From Laetmonice hystrix (taxonomy: Eukaryota): a stretch of DNA of 64,000 nucleotides. Location: contig OZ249440.1 of the NCBI GenBank assembly GCA_965235115.1, positions 33,730,001 to 33,794,000 of the forward strand. The letters are read 5' to 3'. Shown in pieces: positions 1-13,317 of the stretch (the first letter of the stretch is position 1; each line of letters starts with the position of its first letter). The notes under the pieces are model-generated. The model saw only the letters and a list, made by a program, of their open reading frames with translations. It made no database searches and was not told where the DNA came from. The translations under genes and the position numbers were made by a program.

Positions 1-1191
1 GGTTAGATATATTCCATGTATTGACTAAACGCGGTACGACACCAGAGTTGCACTCTTTTGACACTGCGGACAAGGTCAACGTTCCAATTTACGCAAGGTG
101 GCGCCACCACTATAAATATCGCGCTCCGCCAAGCGGAAAACAGTGTTAGACGAGACGCTCATCGTGCAAGCTACTGCTGCCACCTTCCGTCAACCACTTA
201 GATCCTCCGTCCTGTATTTGATCCAACAGTCGGCGCCACGGTAAGTCAGCGCTGACCGCGCTTGTTATCCGGACTTGTGGATGACGCAGACAGACAGAAT
301 ATGACTGACTAACTGATCGCCTGGATGACATAGGCGGCTGTGGATGACAACCACAGAACGGGATGACACCCCGTGACTGACATGACGATGACTGACTGAT
401 TGTGAGCATAAATTTTGCCCTGTACATAGACTTGTACATACGTTTACCTTTGACTAGACATAAGATATTAGTAATTAGACTACCACTGACTTTGTGGATG
501 ACGTAGATTAGACATATGACTATGGATGACATGACACTATCTGCGGATGACATGACATGTTTTGTGGATGACATGTGGATGACATGACTCGACTTTGCGG
601 ATGACATGCGGATGACATGATCTAGATCTGCGGATGACATGACCTGTGACACGACTTATGACCTTTGACCTGTAGATGCTTACAGATATACTAGAGCTTG
701 CTCATTCACAGTAATAATATTGATAATTGATCTACGTTAGTGTTGTGGAGTACACCACAATATTTTAAATAGCAGTCATGGTAATCTCTTGTGCTATTAA
801 GGTTGTCATAGAAGTTATTGAGTATGAAGACTACCTACTAGTCCTGTACTGGGCTTACATAGTCTAATGATATTGCTGCTTTGTGCTACCTGTTGACGTT
901 GAGACGGTGAAGGACCGGACTGATGAAGACTTGTCAACGAGATATTGTATCGACGTCAGAAATAAAAGCGCCAACCATTATCTTTTAAACCATCCAGCCA
1001 TTGTGTGATCTGTCCACTTGTTGTAGACGTTCCACCCAATCCTTATAAGTACCTGGTCAATTGTCTGCTAATGTTAACCGCCCAACGTGTTTGGGGCGGA
1101 AGTAGCGAATGCGAGAAAACAGAGTAAGAACGAGAAAAACCCAACGAGAAGTACTACCCATTACATGATTATATGATCGCAGCACGCTACA
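1..1191 (+). mobile_element. Gypsy LTR (5' part outside the window)
   Basis: Highly similar to 37191-38362; ends in CTACA directly before a PBS and gag; TATAAA at 111, GTAAGT at 241, AATAAA at 961. Confidence 0.85.
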
Positions 1192-1198
1192 TAATTTT

Positions 1199-1217
1199 TG
1201 GTGCCGTGTGACCAGGA
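1199..1217 (+). promoter_or_regulatory. Primer-binding site, tRNA-His-like
   Basis: TGGTGCCGTG(TG)ACCAGGA just after the LTR end; resembles the complement of the tRNA-His 3' end (TGGTGCCGTGAC). Confidence 0.75.
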
Positions 1218-1241
1218 TTGGGTTAGGACAAAATCAACAAG

Positions 1242-1895
1242 ATGGGCAGTTGGCTGGCTAATATTTCTAACTTCTTTGGTTGGAGGACTGTGACGCCTCG
1301 ACAAGGCAATGACTTGACAAAGACTGAAAATAAAAGACCTGATCGTAATGGTTGGATGACTACCACACGAGACTCAGGTGTGACGGATGACCTGCCTGAC
1401 TTAAACAGGTTATCTGACGTACATGACTTACCTGACATACGCAACCTACCTGATTTACCTGACTTGCGTAACTTACCTGATGAGCCTAGATGTAGGACAA
1501 GGGAGGTGACAAATTTGACTATGTTAGAGAGGGATGACAAGTATGTGAGACACGACGTACCTGTGATGGCGTCAACGCCTGACATACATACTCAAGTGAA
1601 ATTTCCCCCTGATATGAGAAATGATGAGTCAACCCATATGACTAAACCAGGGTCCCAGATAGATTTGACTTCTGTAGATGGGAACTTCCCCATAGACAGA
1701 TCTCACAGAAAGCAAAAGGAGCCCATGAGATATAATGGAAAGGGAGATTGGGATGATTACTTGAGCCATTTTCAAGCTGTAGCCCGCTGGAATGGTTGGA
1801 GTGATGCAGATTGTGGTATGCAGTTAGCCATTAGCCTAGTAGACGATGCTAGGGAAGTTTTGAGTAGCCTACCGTTAGAATGCAGAATGTCCTAG
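1242..1895 (+). pseudogene. gag: Gypsy gag N-terminal part, truncated
   Basis: Starts just after the PBS; EPMRYNGKGDWDDYLSHFQAVARWNGW..QLAISL..AREVL is typical of Gypsy gag; cut off by a LINE fragment. Confidence 0.8.
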
Positions 1896-2235
1896 TGGAA
1901 CTTCCTCATTTTCTCGGATTCCTTGCAAGCACTTGCTAACTTGAATATAGATCACCCCGTGATCGTTCAAATCTTGTCCCAAGTTGGCAGTGCTTGGGAA
2001 GGGAAATTTGATATTCACTTTTGCTGGGTGCCTGGTCATGTTGGCATTGAGCAAGCTGATAGAACTGCCAAGAGGGCTCTCGGTAGAGACGTTGAACCGT
2101 GTCCAATCCCTGATCTCAGACCTACCATCTGGGCTTATGTTAAGAACAAATGGCAAATTGGATGAACAACCAAACGATAAATTGTATCAGGTCAGTCCCG
2201 TCGTGAACCAAAGTATACGTCAAATTGTTGTTACT
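1895..2235 (+). pseudogene. RNase H fragment of an I/Nimb-group LINE
   Basis: LQAL..IHFCWVPGHVGIE.ADRTAK motif. Confidence 0.75.
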
Positions 2236-2239
2236 CGAT

Positions 2240-2545
2240 GCTGGACTTTAGTAATTAAAATTCTAACATTCAATGTAAAATTTCTTGTTTTCAAAATATA
2301 TAAGGTTGTCTTTAGGGATTGCAATTTGGGTTCATCTCCATCATCCTCAGTTTATTGTGACTGATGTGGATCCCTAGCATTTTAAAGGTTGTATCTGTAA
2401 GGTTTAAGTCAAAAGGTTTTCCTACATTATGCTTTGCACTTCTAATCCACATGGCTTCTGTTTTATCCATATTAATTTTTAAACCAGAATATTTGCCAAA
2501 TCATTTTACTACCTCCAAAAAGGCTCCTTATCTGCTACTAAACCA
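2240..2545 (-). pseudogene. L1/Tx1-type reverse transcriptase fragment
   Basis: Minus-strand translation FGKYSGLKINMDKTEAMWI...FKMLGIHI. Confidence 0.65.
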
Positions 2546-2699
2546 GTAACTAGTGTAACTTGAATTCTGAATAATTACCTGGCAGTTGAAATGGCTCAAG
2601 TAACTGCCGGGACGCCACAGGTAAGAATATAGATATGGAATCCCCCATGGCTGGATCACTCCCACACCATAGTGAAAAGGGAAGTCCTTCTGACACCAG

Positions 2700-3150
2700 G
2701 TTTTGCAGCAGCCGGTTGGCAGTTGTTCAGGGACTGCCAACAGATGTCGGTTCCTTGCGGTATTCACCTCCATTAGATCGAATAATATAAGAACGCGGAG
2801 CGGAATCGCATCGCACCACTTCTCCCAATCTGTAATAACCCTTTGTGCTTTGGATGCGCAATACCTCTCTGGGCTTCAACGCAGGCAGTGGCTTGCAGCT
2901 TTGCCGTAATACCTCTTTCCCTGGATCCGCTTGTGGCAAAGGGCCTTATGCACACACTGCTTTTGTATTTAGTGCCTTGGGCTTCAGTAGGTTTTTCGTG
3001 GTAGGCACAATGCTGTGTAATCGGTGAGATTTGAGGCATTGAGCCGGAGACCCCAGTGTGCCATCACGTGGTGTGTTTCTCACGTTCAGCAGCGCTAGAT
3101 AAGGATCTGACCCATCTCTTCTGCATTTCTTCAACAAGCACTTTGCACTG
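2700..3150 (-). pseudogene. Gypsy integrase C-terminal fragment
   Basis: DPYLALLNVRNTP..GSPAQ..; APRSYII..GGEYR/RNRHLL across frameshifts. Confidence 0.75.
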
Positions 3151-3263
3151 GGTGGCATTTTAAACATCTACTCACCACCTCTGAGGGCAAAGTGGAATAT
3201 TTATACTTGTTAAAACTACCATTTTGAACAAGTATGGTCCCCTAGTTTGTTAAACATAATTAT

Positions 3264-4830
3264 AACAAGCTTGTGAAGCTTATAGCCCCCACCACGAACT
3301 ATGGATTCTTGAAAAAATGATGCACGACTTCAATTGATCTTTGAAGGGCAAAGAAAATATTGTCAAATGAAACTTCATAAACTCAGTTAAGTTCTATGCA
3401 GTTATGTACAGCTTGATAGCGTTATCCGGCGTAAAGATGCATGTGTCTGCAATAACTATGCAGTTATGTACAGTTTGATAGTGTTATCCGACGTCAAGTG
3501 TTTTGTAGATATGCTTGACCTCGATTGACCATTAGAGGTCAGTTATGTACAGTTTGATAGCGTTATCTGGCGTGAACCAACTGAGTAGGGACAAATTATC
3601 TGTGGGTCCAGGAACTTGTGTACTTTTGGCACGCTTGTTGCCCCTCATGCATTCTGTCAGCAAGAACGAAATGCAGAAAATGTCAGAGTTATTGCTTTGA
3701 ATTTCTTTAAATCCAAAATGGCCACCAAGCAGCCATTTTTAATGATATATTTGACCTGTGTCCTCCTTAGACTGTCCCTGGTTATTATGTAATGTTTCAT
3801 GCAAGATTAGATGTTATTTTCAACTGGTTTGGAGGTAGGGGGTACAGGCCATTAAAATATGCATGACTTTGATTGACCTTTCAAGGTCGCTCAAGGTCAT
3901 GGAAAATGACGCCAAACGAAACTTCATATAGGACTTCCTATCTGTCAATAATAATAACTATTGCCTTATCTTGCCTTTTCGAGATATGAGCCAAAACAGT
4001 GTTATGGGGGGGGGGTAAAATATTAATATGGCCGCCATGTCGCCATATTTGCTCTGATCTAGCAATACATTGGCATATACATTGCCCCTCATATACACCT
4101 TCTTTCCACCAAATTTGAAAGAAATCGGGATCGTTTTGTCTGAGTTATTACTCCAAATGTGTGTACATCCAAGATGGCCACCACGCGGCCATTTTGACTG
4201 ATGTCAAAAATATCTTTGACCTGCCTCATCTGTGGACTGTCCCTGATCATTATGTAATGTTTCTTGGAAGATTATGTCGTTATCTTTAACTGTTTTGAAG
4301 ATCCAGGCTATTGAAAATATGCATGACCTTGATTGACCTTTCAAGGTCGCTCAAGGTCATCGAAAATGGCGCCAAATGAAACGTCATATATGACTTCCTA
4401 TCTATCAATAATAGTAACTATTGCGTCATCTTGCACCGTTTTCAAGATATAAGCCAAAACAGTGTCATTGTGGGGGTCAAGAAACAAATATGGCCGCCAT
4501 GTCGCCATTTTGGATCTGAATTGAAATTTTATTGTGATGCATATTGGCCCTCATTATGCCTCATCCCTGCACCATGTTTGAAAGAAATCGTGATTGTTTT
4601 AGCCGAGTTATTGCTCAAAATGTGTTTACATCCAAGATGGCCGCCAAGCGGCCATTTTGAATGATATCAAAAATCTGTTTGACGTGCATCATCCTCAGTT
4701 CATCCCTGATCCTTGTGTGAAGTTTCAAAGAAATCGACCCATACACTTCTGAGAAATCGCTGTCTACGGACGGACGGACGGACGGACGGACGGAGGTCGA
4801 ATTATAAGCCCCCCGTTGTGGGGGCTAAAA
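3264..4830 (+). mobile_element. Non-autonomous Helentron-type element (HINE/pearl-like)
   Basis: TTATA(A)GCCCCC near both ends, (ACGG)n at 4766-4793, terminal hairpin AGCCCCC-N6-GGGGGCT, internal duplication of about 460 bp (3862 vs 4322). Confidence 0.7.
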
Positions 4831-5773
4831 AGAACAATGTAAGCTAATAAAGCTTCAGCTAATTCAGCGAAAACTCACATCCTTGGTGAGTGAGTTAAAA
4901 GGAAGTATTTGTCCTGCAAGCTTGCAATGTCCATTTACGATAGCATGTAATACTTTTTGAAAAAATGCAGGACCTCTGTCACAGAAAATGGTTATTTAGT
5001 ATATAAAAGCTGTCAAGAATCTTATAATGGGAACTTCAACACAGATGGTAAAGGTCCTGGCTCATGGAATGGACTGGGAAGTTTAATAGAACACATGGCA
5101 GCCCAATAATTGACTTAACATAGACATAATATCCAAGTTGATCAAATGTTTCCTGGACGAGTGGACTGCCCTGTGGCAAGTGCTCAAATTGAAAAATCGG
5201 TCATACCTGTACAGAAATGGATAACGGTTCTGGAACTCTTATCTGAGCAGCATAATCACTTGCAGCAAGTGTAACATCCAAAGTATTCTTAGCCACACCA
5301 CATTGCATTGCATGCTGTATGTATTTATTGATTCCAAGTCTTCTTGCCCCATGGTCCCGATCCTTAAACGCAAGTATAATTTTCTCTTCTCTTAGACATG
5401 ATACATTTGGCCAACATGTCACCTATATCTGGCCCAGGGAGAAGTAATCAGTACTTGCAAGGATCCCTGAAACTCTAAATCTCCTTGCCTTATCTGACAT
5501 GACATGATGTTAAATTCTGTGACAGTCAGAGGCTGGAAAACCGTTTTGCCTGGAAGGATCATCATACATCTAAGTCTCAAATCAAAGGCTCCCTATTATT
5601 ATCTGGTTTGGTTCCCTTACTTAATAAAGTTTGAAGGAAGGCACATGAGACGTTATAGGCCTATTTGTTGACCAGTCGTATTGGGGTGGCTAAGGGCTGG
5701 CTAGAGAAAATTTGGGGGGCTCAAGCCCCTCCCTAGCGCTGCCACTGGGCTGCCTCAGCAGGTCAAAATCCAC

Positions 5774-6400
5774 CTACTCGGGTCGGCCCTCACACAATGG
5801 TCGTTCAGGTTCTGCTGATTCAACAATGATGAAACGAGGCCATTCAGTCAAAGGTTTGTTCTCCATAGACCGGTCCGAGTCAGAGTCCGTTAATTTCACT
5901 AGTTTTCGTTTGGGGGGATTGTTTGATGCCATGGTTGTGTTAGATAGTTTCACCAACCCTATTCCCCACCCTCCACGGAGCCCAACAACGGGAAGTGCAG
6001 AGCTGCGGTAACCAGCAGTTACAAACCAAGGATATAGGGTTGGTATACTCAAGCAATGGAACGAGAGAGGTTGTTACCATTACTCAATTGACCCTAAGCC
6101 ACCACCTTCTAGGAATAAAGAATAAATAGTTACGATAGACGTTTCCTATTAGAGCATTAAATTCACTGTGAAGTGTACTTGATACAAAAAAAAACCCTAG
6201 GGCAAGGCGTGACCAGCCGATTGATTGCATTGGGCCTCCCCAACCTCCCGTCTAGGTGAAGTAGGAGCCAAACCACCGTGTTGGACCTGTGAAAAGCCGC
6301 AGCAATTCACCGTCCTCAGGTACCAGGACCTCTTCCTCCACCGACACGAGTCGCGACTCACGGCAAACAAGTCGCCCCATTTATTCGCCTCTTACGAACA
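5774..6400 (-). mobile_element. 5' UTR and ORF1 start of an I/Nimb-like LINE
   Basis: MASNNPPKRK..EWPRFIIVES resembles the N-terminus of I-group ORF1. Confidence 0.5.
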
Positions 6401-6439
6401 GCCGGGGGGGGGGGGGGGGCTGGGGAACATTCTTACCCC

Positions 6440-7279
6440 GGTCCCCACGGGGGAGGTAATCTGTGAAGCTCGTTTATTCCAACTTTCGTTCCCCGAACAA
6501 TGATTCTATCTGTGTGCTGTTTACATTCTATACCCTTGACTCGACACAATGCTGCTATGGAACGCATATCGTTTCTCTTTCTTCGTGTCTGCTCAGTCAC
6601 ATCGTCATTTATCCAGACAGACTTCCATTCATTCGCTTGTTTCAAGTTACATCTCTTGTAGAAAAGACCGTTTCTAGTCACCATTGAGTGGAATCCCACC
6701 AAGATTGGCCTCACCCGTGTTGATCCGTGGTTTAATCGACCTGTATACTTTGTCTATGTCTCTCCGTTCACACTGCACTCCTAATGTTGTTGCCACCCTA
6801 ATCACATAGCTGTGTAGGTCCTCCCCATTTTCTTCTACTTTACCATCAATCACTAGGTTATTCCGCCTTCTGTAATTTTCCATTTCTTCAAATCTAGTAG
6901 CAGTATGTTTGTTTATGCGCTCAAGTTGGCGAATGTGTTCCTCTAGGTGCATTATCATTGTGTCTTTATTCCTATTACTCTCCTCTGATTCAGCATACCG
7001 CTCCTCGGCCCCTTGTAACCTGATTGCAAGGTCTTTAACCATATCTGACAATTGTTTTATTTCCCCCGAGAGAGTGGTTTTGTTTTCGTCAAATTTGGCC
7101 ATCATCTACCGTATTTCCTTCTTGGAGGCAGGTTGATTTTCTTGTTTGAGTTGTGAGGTCATTGTGTGCGTGTTGTAAGAGTCATCTGTGTGTACAGGGC
7201 TGTCTAATGCCTGCTGTTGAGCCTCCTTCGAGTTGGGTTCACGATTTTGCATTCTGGTTTTTCTTCTATTGTCACTCAT
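6440..7279 (-). pseudogene. LINE ORF1 (coiled coil + RRM + CTD, L1-ORF1p-like), frameshifted and 3'-truncated
   Basis: Coiled coil, then ENYRRRNNLVIDG..E..GED, RPILVGF, WINDDVTEQTR; ATG at 7279; 5' UTR probably to about 7480. Confidence 0.8.
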
Positions 7280-8179
7280 CGTCAATCACGCCATGGAAAT
7301 AACGATAGTTATGGTACGCTCAGGTGATTGAACAGATTATACAGTGTCTTTTGATACTAGTTAGATGGACTCACCAGATATTGGAGGATATAGCCAAGCT
7401 AAACCAAGTTTTTCAGTGCAGTAATTCCGGAACTTAGAGCAGAGCAGTCAGCCTAGGTAGCCATTTTGAATCGCTCCCTATTCAGGAGTTCTCCCGCCTA
7501 AGCGGGAGTTTTGGCATATCTGCATTGATCTGCATAAAAGTCATATGCCTATGGCTTGTCTAAACTAGGCCTAGGCATATATGCTCCTGACCTCCCTATT
7601 TGCGAAATAGGTAGTGGTTATTCTGCCAGCATATGGATGGGTCATGTGACTGCAATACTGCGCTGCGTTGCACAAAGGAGTCGTAATTCTGCCTACTGCG
7701 ACAGGTTTGCGACCTGTCTTAACGTACGACTTCATCCGTTGCACAAAGCCTGTCGCCGATGACTGTGTCACATTTGCGACCTGTCAAAGGTCCAGTAGAA
7801 AGTGAAACTTGCAATGGTAGCAAAATCAAGTTAACATTTTAGGTAAAAAATGAATCTAAATAGTTGAATGAGGGTATCTTCGGGGGGGGGGGGGCTGCAG
7901 GATTGACCCCCCCCCCCCCCCCCCCCCCCCCACTAATGCAAGTTGAATTGTAGCTGATGAAAGATGCTGATTTATTTGCCCTGCTCCCGCTGCTCCCCCC
8001 CCCTTCGGATGAACATCTGTATGTTTGTTGAAAAGGACACCACGCTCTCAACACCAAAGTCATAAGTGATGCCAAGTTGAGATTTCTGAATGTTGTCGCT
8101 AGATGGCCAGGAACTACATAGTCTACATGGCTTTTTCAAATGTTGATAAACATACTTGTTTGACTTAATTGACTTGTTA

Positions 8180-8655
8180 CAAAATGGGCAGCGTATTTTT
8201 AACTGTGATGACATTCAGGCTTACCAAGAGGCCCTGTATGGCACCTCAGAATCAGGATGGATGACAAGCACCCTGTTCATGGACTTTCTTGGTTTATTAG
8301 ACAGTACCATTACAAGCATGGCCATTCCACTACCAGTTCTGCTGCTTGTGGATGGACATGCATCACATGTGACACTGAATGCAGCTAAATTCTGTACCGA
8401 AAAGAACATAATAATGCATGCCCTGCTTCCCCACTCAAGCCACATATTGCAACCATGCGATTTAGCCCTGTTTGGACCGATGAAGAGGGCATGGAAGGAT
8501 GAGGTGAGGCAGTGGCATATGAGCCACCTTGGTGAAGCCCTCACCAAGACAGACTTTCCATCAGTCTTTAAGCGAACATGGGAAAAGGTGGCCACCCCCC
8601 AAAATGCCATGCAAGGCTTCAAGAAGTCTGGCATATTTCCCTTCAACCCGGACAA
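8180..8655 (+). pseudogene. pogo/Tigger-like DDE_1 transposase fragment
   Basis: SGWMT..F; LLLVDGHASH; PHSSHILQPCDLALFGPMK; GFKKSGIFPFNP. Confidence 0.85.
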
Positions 8656-9015
8656 CCCAGACATTTATGATGAGCTTCACAATATTGGACTCCTCTGTTA
8701 TATTGAGTAATATCTGTTTCCTCATGGAAATATTGATGTCTAGATGTTCAGAACTAGTTTTTTTGTACCGAAAATTAGTTTTTCGGTACCAAAAAAACTA
8801 GTTTTCGGTAGTTTTTTGTGTGTTTTTGGTACTGAAAACTGGTTAAAAACTAGTTTTCGGTTAGTACCTGTAGTACCAAAAACTAGTTTTTGGTACTGAA
8901 AACTAGTTAAAAACTAGTTTTCGGTACCAAAAACTAGTTTTCGGTAGTTTTCGGTAGTAGTTTTCAGTACCGAAAACTAGTTTTCGGTAACCTAGTTTTC
9001 GGTAGTTTTCGGTTT
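8652..9015 (+). repeat. Repeat copy 1: unique head plus array of AAAACTAGTTTT(CGGTA) palindromes
   Basis: Near-identical to 9881-10233. Confidence 0.8.
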
Positions 9016-9606
9016 CCTTATGCACCCATCAGGTTTGGTTTATGCTTAAGCACTCGGCACTGTTCAAATGATGTGAACATCATAAACATGTCAGAGGAGG
9101 AGATTGCCCAGTATAGATTTGTTTGTGATACATGTAGTTGTTAAATGCAAATTATGCTGTAAGCCATGAAATTTACACTTTGTAATTATGTTTCCAGATG
9201 CCTAATATAATGGCTTCATACATCTTTGGGCGCCAGCAGGGCACATTGCCAACTTATACTGGTAGTCGACATATTATGAGTCATAACCACATTCTTGAAC
9301 ATGTAGTAAACTGTTTGGGCAATGTGGACTTTATTATTTCCACTCCAGAAATGGATTTGTGGCTACACGATCCAGCATCAGCCCAAGGGCTCATTGTCGA
9401 TTGGCTACATTACGAACCAGACATAAACATGTTAATTGTCTGGTACTTTTCTTAGTTGAAATACGTGGACGACATTGATGTCTCTTTAATCAGCCTTGTA
9501 GTGTTTCTGTTGAAGAAACTTTTATCGGATTCGGCCTCTGCAGATGCTGCTGCAATGCTATGTAAAACAATGCGGCCCTCATTTATTGTACCTGTGGAAG
9601 AGACAG

Positions 9607-9868
9607 GGGTGGGGTGGGCATTTGGGGTTTTACGCCTTGCAACAGCCAGGGTCATATCATGGCGGTGAAGATGATGATGATGATAAAAGTCAGTTTTTTT
9701 TCTTGGTGGAGGAAACCGGAGTGCCCGGAGGAAACCACCGACCTTCGGGAAGGAACTGACTGACAAACCTTTCACACATGCAGCCCTGGCCGGGGATCGA
9801 ACCCGGACCGCAGCGGTGGGAGGCGATGGTCCTAGGTGTCATGAGCCAGCACCTTTGACCACTCGGCC
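9607..9868 (-). mobile_element. tRNA-derived SINE with V-domain-like core
   Basis: Minus-strand A/B-box head (GGCCGAGTGG..GGTTCGATCCC), core GGTTTCCTCCGGGCACTCCGGTTTCCTCC, 12-bp TSD TGGAAGAGACAG. Confidence 0.85.
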
Positions 9869-9880
9869 TGGAAGAGACAG

Positions 9881-10233
9881 ACAACCCAGACATTTATGAT
9901 GAGCTTCACAATATTGCACTCCTCTGTTATATTGATTAATATCTGTTTCCTCATGGAAATATTGATGTCTAGATGTTCAGAACTAGTTTTTTTGTACCGA
10001 AAAGTAGTTTTTCGGTACAAAAAAACTAGTTTTCGGTAGTTTTTTGTGTGTTTTTGGTACTGAAAACTGGTTAAAAACTAGTTTTCGGTTAGTACCTGTA
10101 GTACCGAAAACTAGTTTTTGGTAGTTTTTGGTACTGAAAACTAGTTAAAAACTAGTTAAAAACTAGTTTTCGGTAGTAGTTTTCAGTACCAAAAACTAGT
10201 TTTCGGTAGTAGTTTTCAGTACCGAAAACTAGT
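9881..10233 (+). repeat. Repeat copy 2 of the AAAACTAGTTTT-array element
   Basis: Direct repeat of 8652-9015 with different array length. Confidence 0.8.
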
Positions 10234-12161
10234 TGCAATTGATTGCAATAATTTCCACCAGACGCACGTGCGCGCACATCATGCCATCTGTCGTGCGCAC
10301 AATTTTTAAAAATTGGTCAACTTTCAACTTTTGATGATGATCAGGACGATGATCATCATCATGATGGATCATGGAGGCGGTGATGCGGCTGCATCGCCAT
10401 CGTTGATAAATCCGTTTTGCATGTGGACTACGACGGTGATATCAGAACCCGACGACCAAGGTTGGTGCTCTTTACTTCATGAAATTCACAAACTAAAATA
10501 TATAGGCCCAAGATCTATGTCAGACAGGTGCGTGGAGGCTTGGCACGGGCCACGGAGCAGCTGATGTCGCAACAGCCAACACTGCTGTGTGTGCTTGGCG
10601 CCTATAGCTAGGGCTATATGGGCGCTGGGGGAGTGTAGGGGCAGGGGGGTTGCGGGTGTCCCCTACATTCCTGTTCCTTTAAATATTGTGAGCCCAGGCC
10701 GTAGCTAGCGGAAGGGCTTACAAATGCTGAATTTGCCATTTTGTGACCTTGACCTTGAATGACCTTAGTGACCTCATATTCTGCAAGGTCATTTTTTATC
10801 CTACAATGGAATAATATGGTGTCAGGGGTCTTAACTGGCAGTCTTTCTCATAAAATGATGACAGAAATATGTTACTATAGAGTTAAACAAAAACATGGTT
10901 GGTCTCCTCCCTCAAAGAATATGTCACTGCACTCTGCAAATTCCATAACAACTTATAAAACTTTACCGTGATGAAGTTTGTGTCCCTCCTGATGTTAAAG
11001 TACTTGTTAAATGTTAAATAAAAAATTGCAGTCCACCGTTACCTTTTTATAGTGGGTAAAAGTATCCTGAAAAAGTATGAAAATGTCAAATCGGCCAGTT
11101 TATGACCTTGTGACCTTGACCTTGAATGACCTTGGCGTCCTCTGAATTCTGCAAGGGAATTTCATACACTGCATGCTGGTATATGGTCTTTGGGGTCTAA
11201 CTGGCAATCCTCATCCTGAAAAGTAATGACAGGTATGTATTACTCGTTTTGTAATTATTAGGTTAGAAACAAGATGAAGAAAATTCATGTTGCCCCCCAC
11301 TAAATATTTCACAGTAATGCCATGGAAACTTATGAAACTTTGCCATATTGAAGTTTTTGACTTTCCTGATGTCTCATTATGTGAAATAACATCATTGCTG
11401 CCCACGATTATTTTGTTATGGCGGGTAAAGGTATACAGAAAATGAAAGAAAATACCAAACCAGCCATTTTATGACAGTGTGACCTTGACTGTGACCTTGA
11501 TTGACCTTGGCATCTTTTTGGCATCTACTAGGTAGCCCTCATACAGAAAATAGGTCATTAGTGAAATAGGCATTAAATATGCTAATGACCTAGATTGGTA
11601 GTAGACTGGAAAGGTTACATAATGGATTTATAGTAGACTCCTCAGGGTTAAAGGGCCCACTCTCCAACACAATGCGCACTGAAGTTGAGTCACTATGGTG
11701 AGCAGGTTGGCACAGAACTTAACGATTCTGGTAGACCAGAACATAAAGGGCAATATGTGTCCGTTTTCCCCAGATGTGTTTGACATACGATTCCTCGCAT
11801 CAGGATCAATGTACACCGATATTGGCGATTCGCATGGTGTGCATAAATCCCCAGTCTGTAGAGCAGTACAAGAAGTCACTGATTACCCCGTTGCAGTGCG
11901 CCATAGGTTTATTAAATGGCCCTCAAGGTACCTTGTGAGAAGCTAATCAGGGCAGTGTGCGTTTTGTGCATACGTTAACTTGCAATATCATGAAGCCGTC
12001 CCAGCTGCTCTGCATTTCAAACTTCCCAGCCTGATGACGAGGGCGGATATTCTTGGAAATAGTTTATTGTCACAGTACTTTTCATTGACTGTTCTCACAG
12101 GGAAGAATATCACAAGAAAGCCGTTGACTTTTCTGCATTGTATAGATTTCCCACCGTCATC

Positions 12162-12971
12162 CAGACCTGCCAAGTCCCCTGGTTTCACCGGGGGACTCCC
12201 GGTTTTTAACCTGATCCCCCGCCCCCCCCCCCCCCCCCAGTATGTCACAATTTTCTCACGGTAAATTGAAAACTCATGTATGCACACAGATGTACACAAA
12301 ACACAAGGGTGGGTGGGTATTTGGGGTTTTACGCCTTGCAACAGCCAGGGTCATATCACGGCGGTGAAGATGAGATGAAAGTCAGTTTTTCTTGGTGGAG
12401 GAAACCGGAGTACCCGGAGGAAACCACCGACCTTCGGGAAGGAACTGACTGACAAACCTTTCACACATGCAGCCCAGGCCGGGAATCGAACCTGGGTCGC
12501 AGCGGTGTGAGGCGATGGTCCTAGGAGTCATGATGGAGCCGACACCTTAGACCACTCGGCCACCCGAGGCCCCACAAAACACAAGAAAAAAGAGATTGGA
12601 CTATTGAGTATGTTTTTAAGTACATGTAGCAACTAGATCTATATGCAACGCAGAACACTAAAAAAGGATAGGCTACATAAAGAGAAAAGAAACAACATAA
12701 AGGAGCAGATGTCTTAGGACAAGGACTGAATTATTTTAAATTTATTAAACTGATGGTATGTAAGTTGTGTACTTCATGTGTAGAATGTAGTGGCTCCATA
12801 CTAACGTTTCTCCCCCACTCATAGGTCTATATCAGCTTCATAATGTAGTCTCAAGGTTTTCCCAAAAAAATCTCCAGGTTTTCCCCCCAAAATCCCCCGG
12901 TTTTCCTCCCAATTTCCAGGTTTTTGGACACCAATCTCCCGGTTTCTTCTCTCTGTAGGTTGGCAGGTCTG
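12162..12971. mobile_element. MITE with CAGACCTGCCAA TIRs (hAT-like)
   Basis: TIRs CAGACCTGCCAA/TTGGCAGGTCTG; imperfect 6-bp TSD GTCATC/GTGATC. Confidence 0.75.
12308..12572 (-). mobile_element. tRNA-derived SINE, same family as 9607-9868
   Basis: 13-bp TSD CACAAAACACAAG; A/B boxes; V-domain-like core. Confidence 0.88.
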
Positions 12972-13317
12972 GTGATCGGGTGTGTCGACGGTACGCATGT
13001 GGCTGTAAAGGCTCCTGCCAGTGAGGAACATGTTTGATTGATTGATTGATTGATTTATTGCGTAACTTATATTTACAACTATAGCAGCAAGAATTGTGCC
13101 AACAGAACGAAGTCACGAAGACTTATTAGTCCGTGGTCTATAATACATTACAAAATATAACATCAGATGGGGAGCTATACACTCATACCAGGGGAATTCA
13201 GTAAATACATGCAATAAGAAATGTGTACATTATTCTGAGGCATTTTAGCGAAAAACAATATATTTATACATCTATATACATATGTATGATTCGTATATTA
13301 GTAAAAGAATGCATTGT

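Noticed and set aside
146..652. 168-aa minus-strand ORF (and 37450-37785)
   Set aside because: Antisense reading of GGATGACA repeats in the LTR; no recognisable domain and length differs between copies
9780..9868. tRNA gene (also at about 12470-12572)
   Set aside because: tRNA-like head continues into a SINE body flanked by TSDs
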